64,000 bases of DNA, from positions 3,554 to 67,553 of IMG/VR virus record IMGVR_UViG_2541047850_000005; one strand, 5' to 3'. Shown piece after piece: positions 1-9,651 of the stretch. The notes beneath the pieces are model-generated. The model was given only the letters and a program-made list of their open reading frames with translations, had not been told where the DNA came from and did not search any database. Numbering within the stretch: the first letter of the stretch is position 1; every line of letters begins with the position of its first letter. The DNA comes from a virus (taxonomy: Duplodnaviria; Heunggongvirae; Uroviricota; Caudoviricetes). The translations under genes and the position numbers were made by a program.

Positions 1-2
1 AA

Positions 3-173
3 ATTAAATTGGACGCTGGCTATACTCAAGCCAACCAGTTGATCAATCTTTGCGAACGTCTTGGACTTGTTGAAAAAGTCAAAGGAGCTGGGATCGCAAA
101 AGCTGGTACTCAGCAATATCGCTTCATTAAAAATGATTTCTACAATTATTTAGCTGATGCTTTCAAAGCGTAA
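3..173 (+). CDS. 3' end of a hypothetical protein gene (5' part outside window)
   Basis: Frame 3 is open from the window edge (IKLDAGYTQANQLINLCERLGLVEKVKGAG..ADAFKA*). TAA at 171-173, followed by hairpin GCGCCCATAGTGGGCGC. Confidence 0.4.
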   Translation: MKLDAGYTQANQLINLCERLGLVEKVKGAGIAKAGTQQYRFIKNDFYNYLADAFKA

Positions 174-220
174 TTAATGGAATCAAGCGCCCATAGTGGG
201 CGCTTTAAAGGAGCTTTAAA

Positions 221-424
221 ATGATCAGCTATGACAAGATCCGCGCGGAATATCGCGCAAAGTATCGCGCTTATAAACTGGAATTAATCGATGATTTGAT
301 CGCGCAACGCGACCAATTAAATTTTACGTTTTCTGATTTGCTTAACAGCAAGCAAGATTGCAAGCGCAAACGTGAATACTTACGTTTAAGCGCATTAATC
401 GGAAAACTTCAAAATTCTATTTAA
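221..424 (+). CDS. hypothetical small protein (67 aa)
   Basis: ORF with SD AAGGAG (ttaAAGGAGctttaaaATG). No family recognised. Confidence 0.55.
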   Translation: MISYDKIRAEYRAKYRAYKLELIDDLIAQRDQLNFTFSDLLNSKQDCKRKREYLRLSALIGKLQNSI

Positions 425-445
425 TTTTTTTTAAGGAGCTTAATC

Positions 446-676
446 ATGTTTGTTCTTATCGCTGGCGTTAACGTCCATAATGAATATTATGTTAATCGCA
501 TCGCTGGGATCGCTGGTTACGCTGGGCGCGCAGTCGAGCTTATAGATGAAACGACGCGCAAAATTGACTTATTGAGCGACCAGGAGCGAAAAAAAGCAGA
601 CGTGAACGACGCTGATATATTTTTAATGTTAAAAGCGTTTGTAGAAATGGGGTTTAAAATCAGTTTACACAAATAA
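446..676 (+). CDS. hypothetical small protein (76 aa)
   Basis: ORF with the same SD context (ttAAGGAGcttaatcATG), followed by two terminators. Confidence 0.55.
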   Translation: MFVLIAGVNVHNEYYVNRIAGIAGYAGRAVELIDETTRKIDLLSDQERKKADVNDADIFLMLKAFVEMGFKISLHK

Positions 677-681
677 AATCG

Positions 682-706
682 AGCGCCCACTATGGGCGCT
701 TTTTTC
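682..706 (+). terminator. rho-independent terminator
   Basis: Hairpin AGCGCCCACTATGGGCGCT followed by TTTTT. Confidence 0.7.
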
Positions 707-726
707 GTTTCCAATACACCTACCAT

Positions 727-751
727 AACGCGCCAATGATGGCGCGTTTTT
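727..751 (+). terminator. second rho-independent terminator
   Basis: Hairpin AACGCGCCAATGATGGCGCGTT followed by a T run. Confidence 0.55.
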
Positions 752-1291
752 ATTGTCTTTAACTCACTCCAACAACATAAAAATAAGCGCCAAAATAACG
801 CCATAGACGCGATTTTATATCCTTGCCAGTACACACCCATTACTTAACACATTAACGCGCTTAAAACGCGTTATATTGCGCTATAGAGTATGGTTAATCA
901 TTGGCTTTTAGTCTTGCTTTATGATCCGCGTTTATTTGTCGGCGCGGATCGGCATTTTGTTTTGTTCCGTATCCGCTCGCGTATTATGTGCGCGTGATTT
1001 TTCACATAATCACACCACTTAATCACGTATGTGATTACGCTACGAAAGAAATCTGGATGTCTCAGGCGACGAAAGTCATAATAATTTTCCCCGCTCACCT
1101 GTCCGACAACCGCTGGTTGGATTCCACCAGCTTCCCGATGTTTTTTCTACATAAAGGCGAATGCAGCCGTTTCCCGAAAAAATCCTGGCCGTTTCCCGTC
1201 GGCTAATGAATACGTTCCTCGCCGTTTCTGAAAATTTCCCTACGGCAGCTGATGGATATAGAGAAAGGGCCGTTTCTGGCCCTCTTCTCAG

Positions 1292-1774
1292 TTACACGCC
1301 ATCAAGGATGTGGATGCGGTTGCTTGCGTATACATTCAGCATAAAGTTAGCGCAAAACAGTTTCCATGTATCAACGCCAGCGGTATACGTAATGTTTTTG
1401 CATTTAATTGCATTGTTGGCGATCCGCATCCCCTGCGATACTGCTTCATCGTCGGAAAATTTGAACGACGATTGAGTTTTAATCCAGACAGAAATCTGCG
1501 TAGCGAACTCAATCAGCTTGGACTGGCAGAATCGCCCGGAGCGCACCGGAAAGACGAACGTTCCGAATCCAGAATTTACCACATACGCTTTCTCAAATAC
1601 CCGCGAGTAACGACGATTGCCAATGATGTCGCGTGCAATAATGCATTTTTCTTGTGCTGACAGTTCTACCGTCTCATTGTCGCGCCATGCACCAAGTACT
1701 CGTTTTTCAATGTCAGAGAACGTTACAGCGATATTGCCATGTGCGGGTGCGTTTACAGTAGCGATAAAATTCAT
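1292..1774 (-). CDS. hypothetical protein (160 aa)
   Basis: ORF with SD AAGGA (gatAAGGAattaatcATG). GATAAT-like -10 and motif-1 palindrome (1794-1809) upstream. Confidence 0.65.
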   Translation of the reverse strand: MNFIATVNAPAHGNIAVTFSDIEKRVLGAWRDNETVELSAQEKCIIARDIIGNRRYSRVFEKAYVVNSGFGTFVFPVRSGRFCQSKLIEFATQISVWIKTQSSFKFSDDEAVSQGMRIANNAIKCKNITYTAGVDTWKLFCANFMLNVYASNRIHILDGV

Positions 1775-1978
1775 GATTAATTCCTTATCGTAAATAACAA
1801 ATTGTTTTCTTGTTGGCGTTAATTATCGTTGTACGAATAAGGCATCAAAGTGGAAAGTTGCGGTAGCCGGACGGGAACAGGTGGGTTTGTCGGTTGCCTG
1901 GAGGTAAGAGGTTGGTGTTTTTAGCCTGCGGGAAACAGGATGGTCATTTAAGGCCACCAGCAGTGGTGGCCTTAATAA

Positions 1979-2122
1979 TTATCGACCGATTACGCTAAGG
2001 ATCTTTTCCTCAACTGATTTGTTGTTGCGACTAAACTGCCTTGCGTATCTGATGACAGAAGAGGCGTTTTGCTTTCTGACTATCTCGGCTCTTTCCTTCA
2101 GGCGTTTCTTGAAATCGCCCAT
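1979..2122 (-). CDS. small basic protein (47 aa), below ORF-track cutoff
   Basis: MGDFKKRLKERAEIVRKQNASSVIRYARQFSRNNKSVEEKILSVIGR*. ATG lies 2 nt after the stop of 2125..2499. Hairpin 1951-1975 follows. Confidence 0.4.
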   Translation of the reverse strand: MGDFKKRLKERAEIVRKQNASSVIRYARQFSRNNKSVEEKILSVIGR

Positions 2123-2124
2123 AT

Positions 2125-2499
2125 TTACCACCAGGCGCAGAAGGTCAGTCTGTTATTGTGAAAGTCGTGGTTCTTAATCAGCTCTTCCACAAGTTTTTTC
2201 AACTCCCCCACGTCATGCCAGTACCCTTCATCGTACTCCTGACTGCCGAAGAAAAAACCTTCACAGGTAGGTAAGTACTCTTCGCAGTTACTTTCGTTCA
2301 TGTGCATCAAATGAGCTTTCAGAGCACAAATGTCATTCATCGTTAATTCTAAAAGCTCACAATTTTTGACTTCACCTACGTTGCGTTCCATCCACCCAAA
2401 GAGAGCATTGAACTTACGGAAGTAAGCAACCTTCTTTCTGGATGCATCGTTATTCAGATCGTTTTTTGGTTGCGTCTCAATGTAGATATCAAGTCCCAT
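2125..2499 (-). CDS. hypothetical protein (124 aa)
   Basis: ORF with SD AAGGAAA. Motif-1 copy at 2558-2574 sits 17 bp upstream of GAAAAT. Confidence 0.65.
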   Translation of the reverse strand: MGLDIYIETQPKNDLNNDASRKKVAYFRKFNALFGWMERNVGEVKNCELLELTMNDICALKAHLMHMNESNCEEYLPTCEGFFFGSQEYDEGYWHDVGELKKLVEELIKNHDFHNNRLTFCAWW

Positions 2500-2617
2500 G
2501 ATGGTTTCCTTATCAAGTTGCTTTCAGTGAAAGCATTTTCACAAATCAGATAAGGCAGAAAACAAATTGTTATCGGGCATAAGAAAATGGCGCGGTTTAC
2601 GCGCCATTCAAAGAGGA

Positions 2618-3025
2618 TTAAGCGAATACGCTTTCAGGGATTAAGGTGTCAGCAGGAATGCCGGAGGTAATGCGCAGACCATACTGACCAATCCAGGTAG
2701 TGTTAGTGTTCAGACTGGAAGCGAATACGGTGTTAACCATATTCATCATGGTTTCAAACACCTCTTTATTCACCTTACGGAAGTAACTTTCAATTTTCAA
2801 CAACAACGGGTCCGTTGCATCAAAAATGGACTGATATTGCGCCTCATATTCCCCGCCTGATGTATCTCCTTTACGCACAATAGTACTTGCCTGAACTTCA
2901 GTTCCAGTTTCGGTGTTGTACGTAACGACGGTGATTTTAGCTACATTCTTACCTTCGGCGCTTTCTGAAGCATAGTAGACATCAACTGTCAGGTTTTCTC
3001 GTTTAACGCTCATATCACTCTCCAT
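2618..3025 (-). CDS. hypothetical protein (135 aa)
   Basis: ORF preceded by TTGTAA-17-TAAAAT, which overlaps motif-2 site 3057-3076. Confidence 0.65.
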   Translation of the reverse strand: MESDMSVKRENLTVDVYYASESAEGKNVAKITVVTYNTETGTEVQASTIVRKGDTSGGEYEAQYQSIFDATDPLLLKIESYFRKVNKEVFETMMNMVNTVFASSLNTNTTWIGQYGLRITSGIPADTLIPESVFA

Positions 3026-3139
3026 AGTGTCTTGGTTATTTTTCTATTTTATAGACATAGGTATGTACTTACAATACAAAAAAAACCCGTAAGGATGGCG
3101 GGGCTGTCGTACTGTCGACTAATTACCACTTGCACATTA

Positions 3140-3451
3140 TCAGGCTATTGCCATCACTGATGCTCTCTGAATCTCTTGCTGGGCCACGCGGTTAACTTCC
3201 ATCAAAGCCAGTTCGAGCTGATGTTCCGGCCACATTCTTTGAAATGCCATCCAGCCTTTTCCACGCTGGCGACGAACATTCATTACATAACGAGTAAAGG
3301 TGTTTTTATCGAAAGACACCGCTGTTTCACGGAACAGACGAATAGAGGTTCCATTGGCAACGATGTCCAGCAAAGTTAATTGAGCAACCAGCGCAGGCTT
3401 CTCTTTTCTCTTCTGGTCTTTGTCCAGACCAAGAACCAATGATTTTTTCAT
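3140..3451 (-). CDS. hypothetical protein (103 aa)
   Basis: ATG 3451 has GGAG 7 nt upstream. The longer track start (3481) would lie inside motif-1 palindrome 3462-3477. Confidence 0.6.
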   Translation of the reverse strand: MKKSLVLGLDKDQKRKEKPALVAQLTLLDIVANGTSIRLFRETAVSFDKNTFTRYVMNVRRQRGKGWMAFQRMWPEHQLELALMEVNRVAQQEIQRASVMAIA

Positions 3452-3604
3452 CACAACTCCGTAAACAACTTGTTTTCTCAATGTCGTAAATAATACCAGT
3501 AAGAAAACGGCTACAAAGCATATTGATCAGGTGCATGAGCGATATGCAGGTTCTTCCCTGCGGCTATAGAGAAATTAAGCCAGCAATGCTGGCTTTGGTT
3601 GGGA

Positions 3605-3934
3605 TTACGCGAATACCTCAAGAAACTCCTGAACGTCCCAATGCTGGACGAGGTGAAGATAGACCTTAGAAATCACGTCATTTTCACTATCGCATGTGAA
3701 GTAGTACTTCTGGCTGCGGTTGTATGTGTCCACACAAAATTCGCTCATATCCATAAAGTCAGCATCTTCACCCATGTCGCAAATCATCAAAGCAGGTGCG
3801 TCATCACGAGTCATCAGCTCCAGCACCCATATTGAATTAATCAGAGTGGAAGACCAACCTTCCAGCTCATAAAACTGGTCAAACTCTTTTTGAGTCAATT
3901 TCTTAATTTGGTTGATGTCGATATTTGCAAACAT
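3605..3934 (-). CDS. hypothetical acidic protein (109 aa)
   Basis: ATG 3934 has AAGGA 8 nt upstream. Earlier in-frame ATGs fall in or after motif-1 palindrome 3946-3961. Confidence 0.6.
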   Translation of the reverse strand: MFANIDINQIKKLTQKEFDQFYELEGWSSTLINSIWVLELMTRDDAPALMICDMGEDADFMDMSEFCVDTYNRSQKYYFTCDSENDVISKVYLHLVQHWDVQEFLEVFA

Positions 3935-4073
3935 AAAGCAATCCTTAAACATGTTGTTTTCTGAATTACGTAAACAATACCAGTAAGAAAACGGCCACAA
4001 AGTATATCGTTACGGTGCTGCGCTGCCCCGGAGGTTAATAGCGACAAAAGCCACCGTGCTGGTGGCCTCACTC

Positions 4074-4292
4074 TTAATCTTGGTCGTCCGGGAACTCGCT
4101 GTGTACCGCGCCAACCAGCTCCCGCTTTTCATCTTCACTCAGCAGGTGCCAGATATCCTTCCCTTTGGGCGATTCCCCTTCTGCCGGGACGAACGACCAC
4201 AACTTGCGGTACAACTCCGGCCCCACTGCATCCAGACACTCAGCCAGGGAATCCACGCCCCACACCTCAACCGTCACAGGCATCTTAATCAT
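4074..4292 (-). CDS. hypothetical acidic protein (72 aa)
   Basis: ORF with SD GAGGA. Hairpin GCCACCGTGCTGGTGGC lies downstream. Confidence 0.55.
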   Translation of the reverse strand: MIKMPVTVEVWGVDSLAECLDAVGPELYRKLWSFVPAEGESPKGKDIWHLLSEDEKRELVGAVHSEFPDDQD

Positions 4293-4319
4293 CTCTTCAT
4301 CCTCACTTCGTTTCTATAA

Positions 4320-5760
4320 CGTCTAAATATGCTGTTTACTTGTTGGTGTTATTATCGCAATAAGACAAAGGCGAAAAAGGATTTTATGTCGGGAAAGCCA
4401 GGCTGGGCAGTGAATATCCGGGAACGACACGAGAGCCAGTATTTACGATATTCTGCTCTACGCACGCCGCGGGGCTGGTGGGCAGAATAATCCTCTCCCC
4501 GAAAACCTACTGAAATCGATTGTGACCCGCTGGCTGTCTGGCACAATTACGCTGTATCTGGCATTCAGAGGGAATCCAGCGGTAAGCAAGTCAGCCTGCA
4601 CGTGAGCGTCTCTCTTCTTCCCGCACATTACAGGTGGGTAGCTGCAACTCTCTCTCGCTATACCGGTACGCCGCCGTTCCTGAACCGGCATCGAGCCTTT
4701 TCCCGAAATCCACACAGGCAACTCGACCGTTTCCCTGAAAATCCCCAGCCGTTTCTGTAGCGTATGCAACCTTTTCTCTGTATGGACCGAAGGCTGACCG
4801 TAGGGGTGTTACGGGGGATGATGGTAAGATGTTGAATAAATACGAAAAAGGAGGCGACACCCCTCCTTCCCTCCCCACTTATACATACCTTGCTTCTTCG
4901 CTATACATGTTGTGTTTTCTTCGTGTTTTATCTGTCTCAACCTCTCTATAGGCGTTAATGCTTACTCCTTCCAGAACGTTCTATACGGCGACTATTTCTG
5001 TTGGTGAATTGGGTGTGTTGTTTTCTCTGTCGATGTATGTGGTTTCGTTCGTTTTGCGGTGGTTCTTCTATGGGGTGTTCTCGTCGTTTTGGTGATTGTT
5101 CTTCTCCGTGTATGGAGTAATGGCAGGTGGGCGATTCCTTTCGTTATTGTGTTTGAGTTGTTTGTCTGGAGTGTGTGAAGGGCTTTTGTAGTTATTCGTG
5201 TATTGGGTAATGGCGTTTCCCGTGATTGTTATGTTTCGTGTCTTTTGGGATTGAGAGAAACCTTGCGGTTACAGGCTTCGTTGGGGTTTCAGCGGTTCAG
5301 GTGTTTCTTCGCTGTTTGGGTAATGGCGTGTCGTGGGTATCGCGCGTATGAATGTTTTCGGATTGCCTGTGAAAGTTAGGTTGGTTATCCGGTAGCCTGG
5401 GAAGAAGAGGTGGGGTCTTTTCGGTAGCCTGCCATAAAGAGGTTGGTTGTTTTGGGTAATGGCATATGTGTTATTTGGTTGTTTTGTTATGCCTGAAAAT
5501 AAGTTGTTTATATGGTTGTGTAACGCAACGGGAGCGATTTTGAGCGTGTGTTTTTGTTGGTAGTGTGTTGAGTCGTCTGTGGTGAAAATTGGACGCTGTG
5601 GAGCTGTCTGCTGCGTAGGTTTACGGGTATAAGAAGTGATGTGTGAAAACGTCAATTTTTTAGACCAAATCGGGAGAAAGCGTTGATGTTTCGTTGATCT
5701 GTTATTTAGTTGTTTTCTTATTGGTATAAACAACTGTAACCTATTGATATTTAAGGATGT
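4320..5760. other. ORF-poor region; its right 0.9 kb is strongly G+T-rich on the + strand and carries dispersed short direct repeats
   Basis: Only low-complexity or overlapping ORFs. TGGGTAATGGC-type repeat at about 5113, 5203, 5316 and 5452. CGGTAGCCTG occurs twice at about 5390 and 5423. Confidence 0.5.
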
Positions 5761-5861
5761 GATTGCAGGCATGGAAGGGGAGTAGTGGCGATCAACGGAT
5801 TCTTATAGAAAAGAATCAAATTGTGACCGCCATTATCAACGGTTTGAATATGTTTGCAGAT

Positions 5862-6161
5862 TTACCAGTTCCAGCACTCAAGCCCTTCAACGACCGGCGC
5901 ACCACAATCAAAATGTACAGAGTCAAAGCCTACATCAAGTACTTTCTGAATGTTAGCAATCGCGCCTTCGGATATACCATATCGACGCAAGTCGTCTTTC
6001 CAGACATCATCCTGTAACCCGGCGTGGACAATACAACCGCCATCAATTTGTGAAACCCAATCCAGCTCATTGCTTGCGATCATGAATCGGCGAGCATCTT
6101 CCTCTGATGTATGAGATGAACTGATCAATGCCACCTGGTAGGCTTGGGTAATGTTCAACAT
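5862..6161 (-). CDS. hypothetical protein (99 aa)
   Basis: ATG 6161 has GGAG 8 nt upstream (track start 6170 is a GTG). Two motif-1 palindromes upstream (6174, 6224). Confidence 0.6.
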   Translation of the reverse strand: MLNITQAYQVALISSSHTSEEDARRFMIASNELDWVSQIDGGCIVHAGLQDDVWKDDLRRYGISEGAIANIQKVLDVGFDSVHFDCGAPVVEGLECWNW

Positions 6162-6274
6162 TTCAACCACTCCAAAACAAGTTGTTTTCTTATGTGGCTT
6201 ATTATCTCTAACAACAAAAGGCAGAAAACAAATTGTTTTAGGTACTGTGTAAATCAGAAGGGATTGTGTCTATA

Positions 6275-6303
6275 TGAAAATGCCCGGCGTGTTGCCGGGC
6301 ATT
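6275..6303 (-). terminator. metG terminator
   Basis: Hairpin AATGCCCGGC..GCCGGGCATT followed by TTTTC on the minus strand. Confidence 0.75.
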
Positions 6304-6322
6304 GCGAAGAGAGGTTGCTTAA

Positions 6323-8356
6323 TTACTTAACCTGGTGACCAGGTTTAGCACCAGCATCCGGGCTTAACAGGAAGATATCTTTCCCACCAGGACCAGCAGC
6401 CATCACCATGCCTTCTGAGATACCGAAACGCATTTTACGCGGAGCCAGGTTAGCCACCATAATGGTGTGACGACCAATCAGTGCCTGTGGGTCTGGATAA
6501 GCAGAACGAATGCCGGAGAAGACATTACGCTTTTCCCCACCGAGATCCAGTGTCAGACGCAGCAGTTTGTCAGAGCCTTCAACAAACTCCGCGTTTTCAA
6601 TCAGCGCCACACGCAGGTCAACTTTGGCGAAGTCGTCAAAGGTGATGGTTTCCTGAATCGGGTCGTCAGCCAGTGGGCCAGTTACCGGTGCGGCTGTGGC
6701 TTTCACTTCTTCTTTGGATGCTTCCACCAGTGCTTCCACCTGTTTCATATCGATGCGGTTATACAGCGCCTTGAACGGATTCACTTTGTGGCCCAGCAGC
6801 GGTTGCTGGATACCATCCCAGGTCAGTTCTGTATTGAGGAATGCTTCTGCGCGCTCGGTCAGTTTCGGCAGTACCGGTTTCAGGTAAGTCATCAGCACGC
6901 GGAACAGGTTAATGCCCATAGAGCAAATCGCCTGCAGATCGGCATCGCGACCTTCCTGCTTCGCCACCACCCACGGAGCCTGTTCATCGACATAGCGGTT
7001 AGCCAGGTCAGCCAGTGCCATGATTTCACGGATAGCTTTACCAAATTCGCGGCTTTCCCATGCTTCGCCAATCACTTCAGCGGCATCAGTAAAGGTTTTG
7101 TACAGTTGCGGGTCAGCCAGTTCGCTTGCCAGCACGCCGTCAAAACGCTTGTTGATAAAGCCTGCATTACGGGAGGCCAGGTTAACCACTTTGTTCACGA
7201 TATCGGCATTCACTCGCTGAACGAAATCTTCCAGGTTGAGATCGATATCATCAATGCGCGAAGAGAGTTTCGCAGTGTAGTAGTAACGCAGGCTGTCGGC
7301 GTCAAAATGATTCAGCCAGGTGCTGGCTTTAATGAACGTGCCGCGAGACTTGGACATCTTCGCACCGTTCACCGTCACATAGCCATGAACAAACAGGTTG
7401 GTCGGCTTGCGGAAGTTGCTGCCTTCCAGCATGGCAGGCCAGAACAGGCTGTGGAAGTAAACGATATCTTTACCGATGAAGTGGTACAGCTCGGCGGTGG
7501 AGTCTTTCTTCCAGTATTCATCGAAGCTGGAGGTGTCGCCGCGTTTGTCGCACAGATTCTTGAAGGAACCCATGTAGCCAATCGGCGCGTCCAGCCAGAC
7601 GTAGAAATATTTGCCCGGCGCGTTCGGAATTTCAAAACCGAAATAAGGGGCGTCGCGGGAGATATCCCACTGTTGCAGGCCAGATTCAAACCACTCCTGC
7701 ATTTTATTTGCCACCTGCTCCTGCAACGCACCGCTGCGGGTCCATGCCTGCAGCATTTCGCTGAAAGAAGGCAGATCAAAGAAGAAGTGTTCGGAATCAC
7801 GCATTACCGGCGTAGCACCAGAAACTACCGATTTCGGCTCGATCAGTTCAGTCGGGCTGTAAGTCGCGCCGCAGACTTCACAGTTATCGCCGTATTGATC
7901 TGGCGCTTTACATTTAGGGCAGGTGCCTTTTACAAAACGGTCCGGCAGGAACATGCCTTTTTCCGGGTCGTATAACTGAGAGATGGTGCGGTTTTTAATA
8001 AAACCGTTCTCTTTCAGGCGAGTATAAATAAGCTCGGACAACTGACGGTTCTCTTCGCTGTGCGTCGAGTGATAGTTGTCATAGCTGATGTTAAAGCCTG
8101 CAAAATCAGTCTGGTGTTCCTGACTCATTTCGCCAATCATCTGTTCCGGTGTGATACCAAGCTGCTGTGCTTTCAGCATGATCGGTGTGCCGTGGGCATC
8201 GTCGGCACAGATGAAATTAACCTCGTGGCCGCGCATTCGCTGGTAACGAACCCAGACATCAGCCTGGATGTGCTCCAGCATATGGCCGAGGTGGATTGAG
8301 CCGTTAGCGTACGGCAGCGCGCACGTCACCAGAATTTTCTTCGCGACTTGGGTCAT
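6323..8356 (-). CDS. metG: methionyl-tRNA synthetase
   Basis: 677 aa from [30 protein letters not shown] motif present, plus a C-terminal tRNA-binding domain. Near-identical to E. coli MetG as recalled. Confidence 0.97.
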   Translation of the reverse strand: MTQVAKKILVTCALPYANGSIHLGHMLEHIQADVWVRYQRMRGHEVNFICADDAHGTPIMLKAQQLGITPEQMIGEMSQEHQTDFAGFNISYDNYHSTHSEENRQLSELIYTRLKENGFIKNRTISQLYDPEKGMFLPDRFVKGTCPKCKAPDQYGDNCEVCGATYSPTELIEPKSVVSGATPVMRDSEHFFFDLPSFSEMLQAWTRSGALQEQVANKMQEWFESGLQQWDISRDAPYFGFEIPNAPGKYFYVWLDAPIGYMGSFKNLCDKRGDTSSFDEYWKKDSTAELYHFIGKDIVYFHSLFWPAMLEGSNFRKPTNLFVHGYVTVNGAKMSKSRGTFIKASTWLNHFDADSLRYYYTAKLSSRIDDIDLNLEDFVQRVNADIVNKVVNLASRNAGFINKRFDGVLASELADPQLYKTFTDAAEVIGEAWESREFGKAIREIMALADLANRYVDEQAPWVVAKQEGRDADLQAICSMGINLFRVLMTYLKPVLPKLTERAEAFLNTELTWDGIQQPLLGHKVNPFKALYNRIDMKQVEALVEASKEEVKATAAPVTGPLADDPIQETITFDDFAKVDLRVALIENAEFVEGSDKLLRLTLDLGGEKRNVFSGIRSAYPDPQALIGRHTIMVANLAPRKMRFGISEGMVMAAGPGGKDIFLLSPDAGAKPGHQVK

Positions 8357-8513
8357 AGTAGGCATTACTTCTTTGTAGTGAAAAGGGGCTTGATAGTAAC
8401 AAAATGGCCTTATGTCTGCCATGTGATAACAGCATTTCTCATAAATGATTAAATGCCGTAGCTGGAGTACACTACAAGGCGACAATTGCGCAAATTAAAA
8501 TAAAGGAGACGGG

Positions 8514-9614
8514 ATGAGCGAGTCCAAATCGCCGGATGCCCTGAGAGCAATGGTAGCCGGTACGCTGGCTAATTTTCAGCACCCAACCCTGAAACACAAC
8601 CTGACTACGCTTAAAGCGTTACACCATGTTGCGTTGATGGATGACACACTGCATGTCGAACTAATCATGCCTTTCGTGTGGAATAAGCCTTTTGAAGACC
8701 TGAAAGAGCAATGTAGTGGTGATCTGCTCCGTATCACTGGCGCAAAGGCTATCGACTGGAAGCTGTCGTACAACATTGCCACGCTTAAGCGCGTCAAAAA
8801 CCAACCAGGCATTAATGGCGTTAAGAACATTATCGCCGTCAGCTCAGGCAAGGGCGGCGTTGGTAAATCCTCCACGGCGGTAAACCTGGCACTGGCGTTG
8901 GCTGCTGAAGGTGCGAAAGTTGGTATTTTGGATGCCGATATCTACGGGCCATCAATTCCAACCATGCTTGGCGCGGAAAACCAACGTCCAACCTCACCGG
9001 ACGGTACTCACATGGCACCGATTATGTCTCATGGACTGGCAACCAATTCAATTGGTTATCTGGTAACTGACGACAATGCGATGGTGTGGCGTGGTCCGAT
9101 GGCGAGCAAGGCGTTAATGCAGATGTTGCAGGAAACTCTATGGCCTGATCTGGACTATCTCGTTCTCGATATGCCGCCGGGTACTGGTGATATTCAGCTG
9201 ACGCTGGCGCAGAACATTCCTGTAACTGGTGCTGTTGTGGTAACTACGCCGCAAGATATCGCGCTGATCGATGCGAAGAAAGGCATTGTGATGTTCGAAA
9301 AAGTCGAAGTGCCGGTACTGGGTATCGTCGAAAACATGAGTGTGCATATTTGCAGTAACTGCGGTCATCACGAGCCAATTTTTGGCACCGGTGGCGCACA
9401 GAAACTGGCCGAGAAATACAACACGCAGTTGTTAGGCCAAATGCCACTTCATATCTCTCTTCGTGAAGATCTGGATAACGGAACACCAACCGTTATTAGT
9501 CGTCCAGATAGCGAATTTACGGCTATTTATCGTGACCTTGCAGATCGCGTTGCTGCCCAAATGTATTGGCAAGGTGAAGTAATACCTGGCGAAATCGCAT
9601 TCCGCGCAGTGTGA
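8514..9614 (+). CDS. apbC: Fe-S cluster carrier ATPase ApbC/Mrp
   Basis: P-loop SSGKGGVGKSS and CSNCGHH motif. Divergent from metG as in E. coli. SD AAGGAG. Confidence 0.95.
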   Translation: MSESKSPDALRAMVAGTLANFQHPTLKHNLTTLKALHHVALMDDTLHVELIMPFVWNKPFEDLKEQCSGDLLRITGAKAIDWKLSYNIATLKRVKNQPGINGVKNIIAVSSGKGGVGKSSTAVNLALALAAEGAKVGILDADIYGPSIPTMLGAENQRPTSPDGTHMAPIMSHGLATNSIGYLVTDDNAMVWRGPMASKALMQMLQETLWPDLDYLVLDMPPGTGDIQLTLAQNIPVTGAVVVTTPQDIALIDAKKGIVMFEKVEVPVLGIVENMSVHICSNCGHHEPIFGTGGAQKLAEKYNTQLLGQMPLHISLREDLDNGTPTVISRPDSEFTAIYRDLADRVAAQMYWQGEVIPGEIAFRAV

Positions 9615-9615
9615 T

Positions 9616-9640
9616 AAAAAGGTGGTGCAATGCACCACCT
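9616..9640. terminator. bidirectional terminator shared by apbC and the humD-like gene
   Basis: AAAAA-GGTGGTGCAATGCACCACC hairpin between two convergent stop codons. Confidence 0.7.
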
Positions 9641-9651
9641 AAACAGTTCTC

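Larger units (their letters stand above)
1..6255 (-). mobile_element. Accessory arm sharing the promoter/terminator signatures of the 9.6-57.9 kb element (small unknown genes plus ORF-poor repeat region)
   Basis: Motif-1 palindromes at 1794, 2558, 3462, 3946, 6174 and 6224, a motif-2 site at 3057 and GGCCAC..GTGGCC hairpins match those right of apbC. From 1.3 kb on, genes are minus-strand. Left limit unknown. Confidence 0.4.

Noticed and set aside
184-702. Two 17-nt hairpins, GCGCCCATAGTGGGCGC (187-203) and its exact reverse complement (684-700), bracket two small genes. This could be an invertible segment.
   Set aside because: Each is itself a terminator-type palindrome, so being reverse complements only swaps the loop. 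No invertase gene is nearby. They are better read as related terminators.
5269-5772. 167-aa minus-strand ORF in the G+T-skewed region.
   Set aside because: The translation is low-complexity (Pro/Thr/Gln/Asn-rich), there is no SD, and the ORF spans the repeat units. It is most likely an artefact of strand composition.
6467-7975. 502-aa ORF, plus several shorter ones, antisense to metG. Similar shadow ORFs lie opposite nrdA, dnaE, repA and others.
   Set aside because: They are fully contained in well-supported genes on the other strand and have arbitrary sequences. They are typical shadow ORFs.
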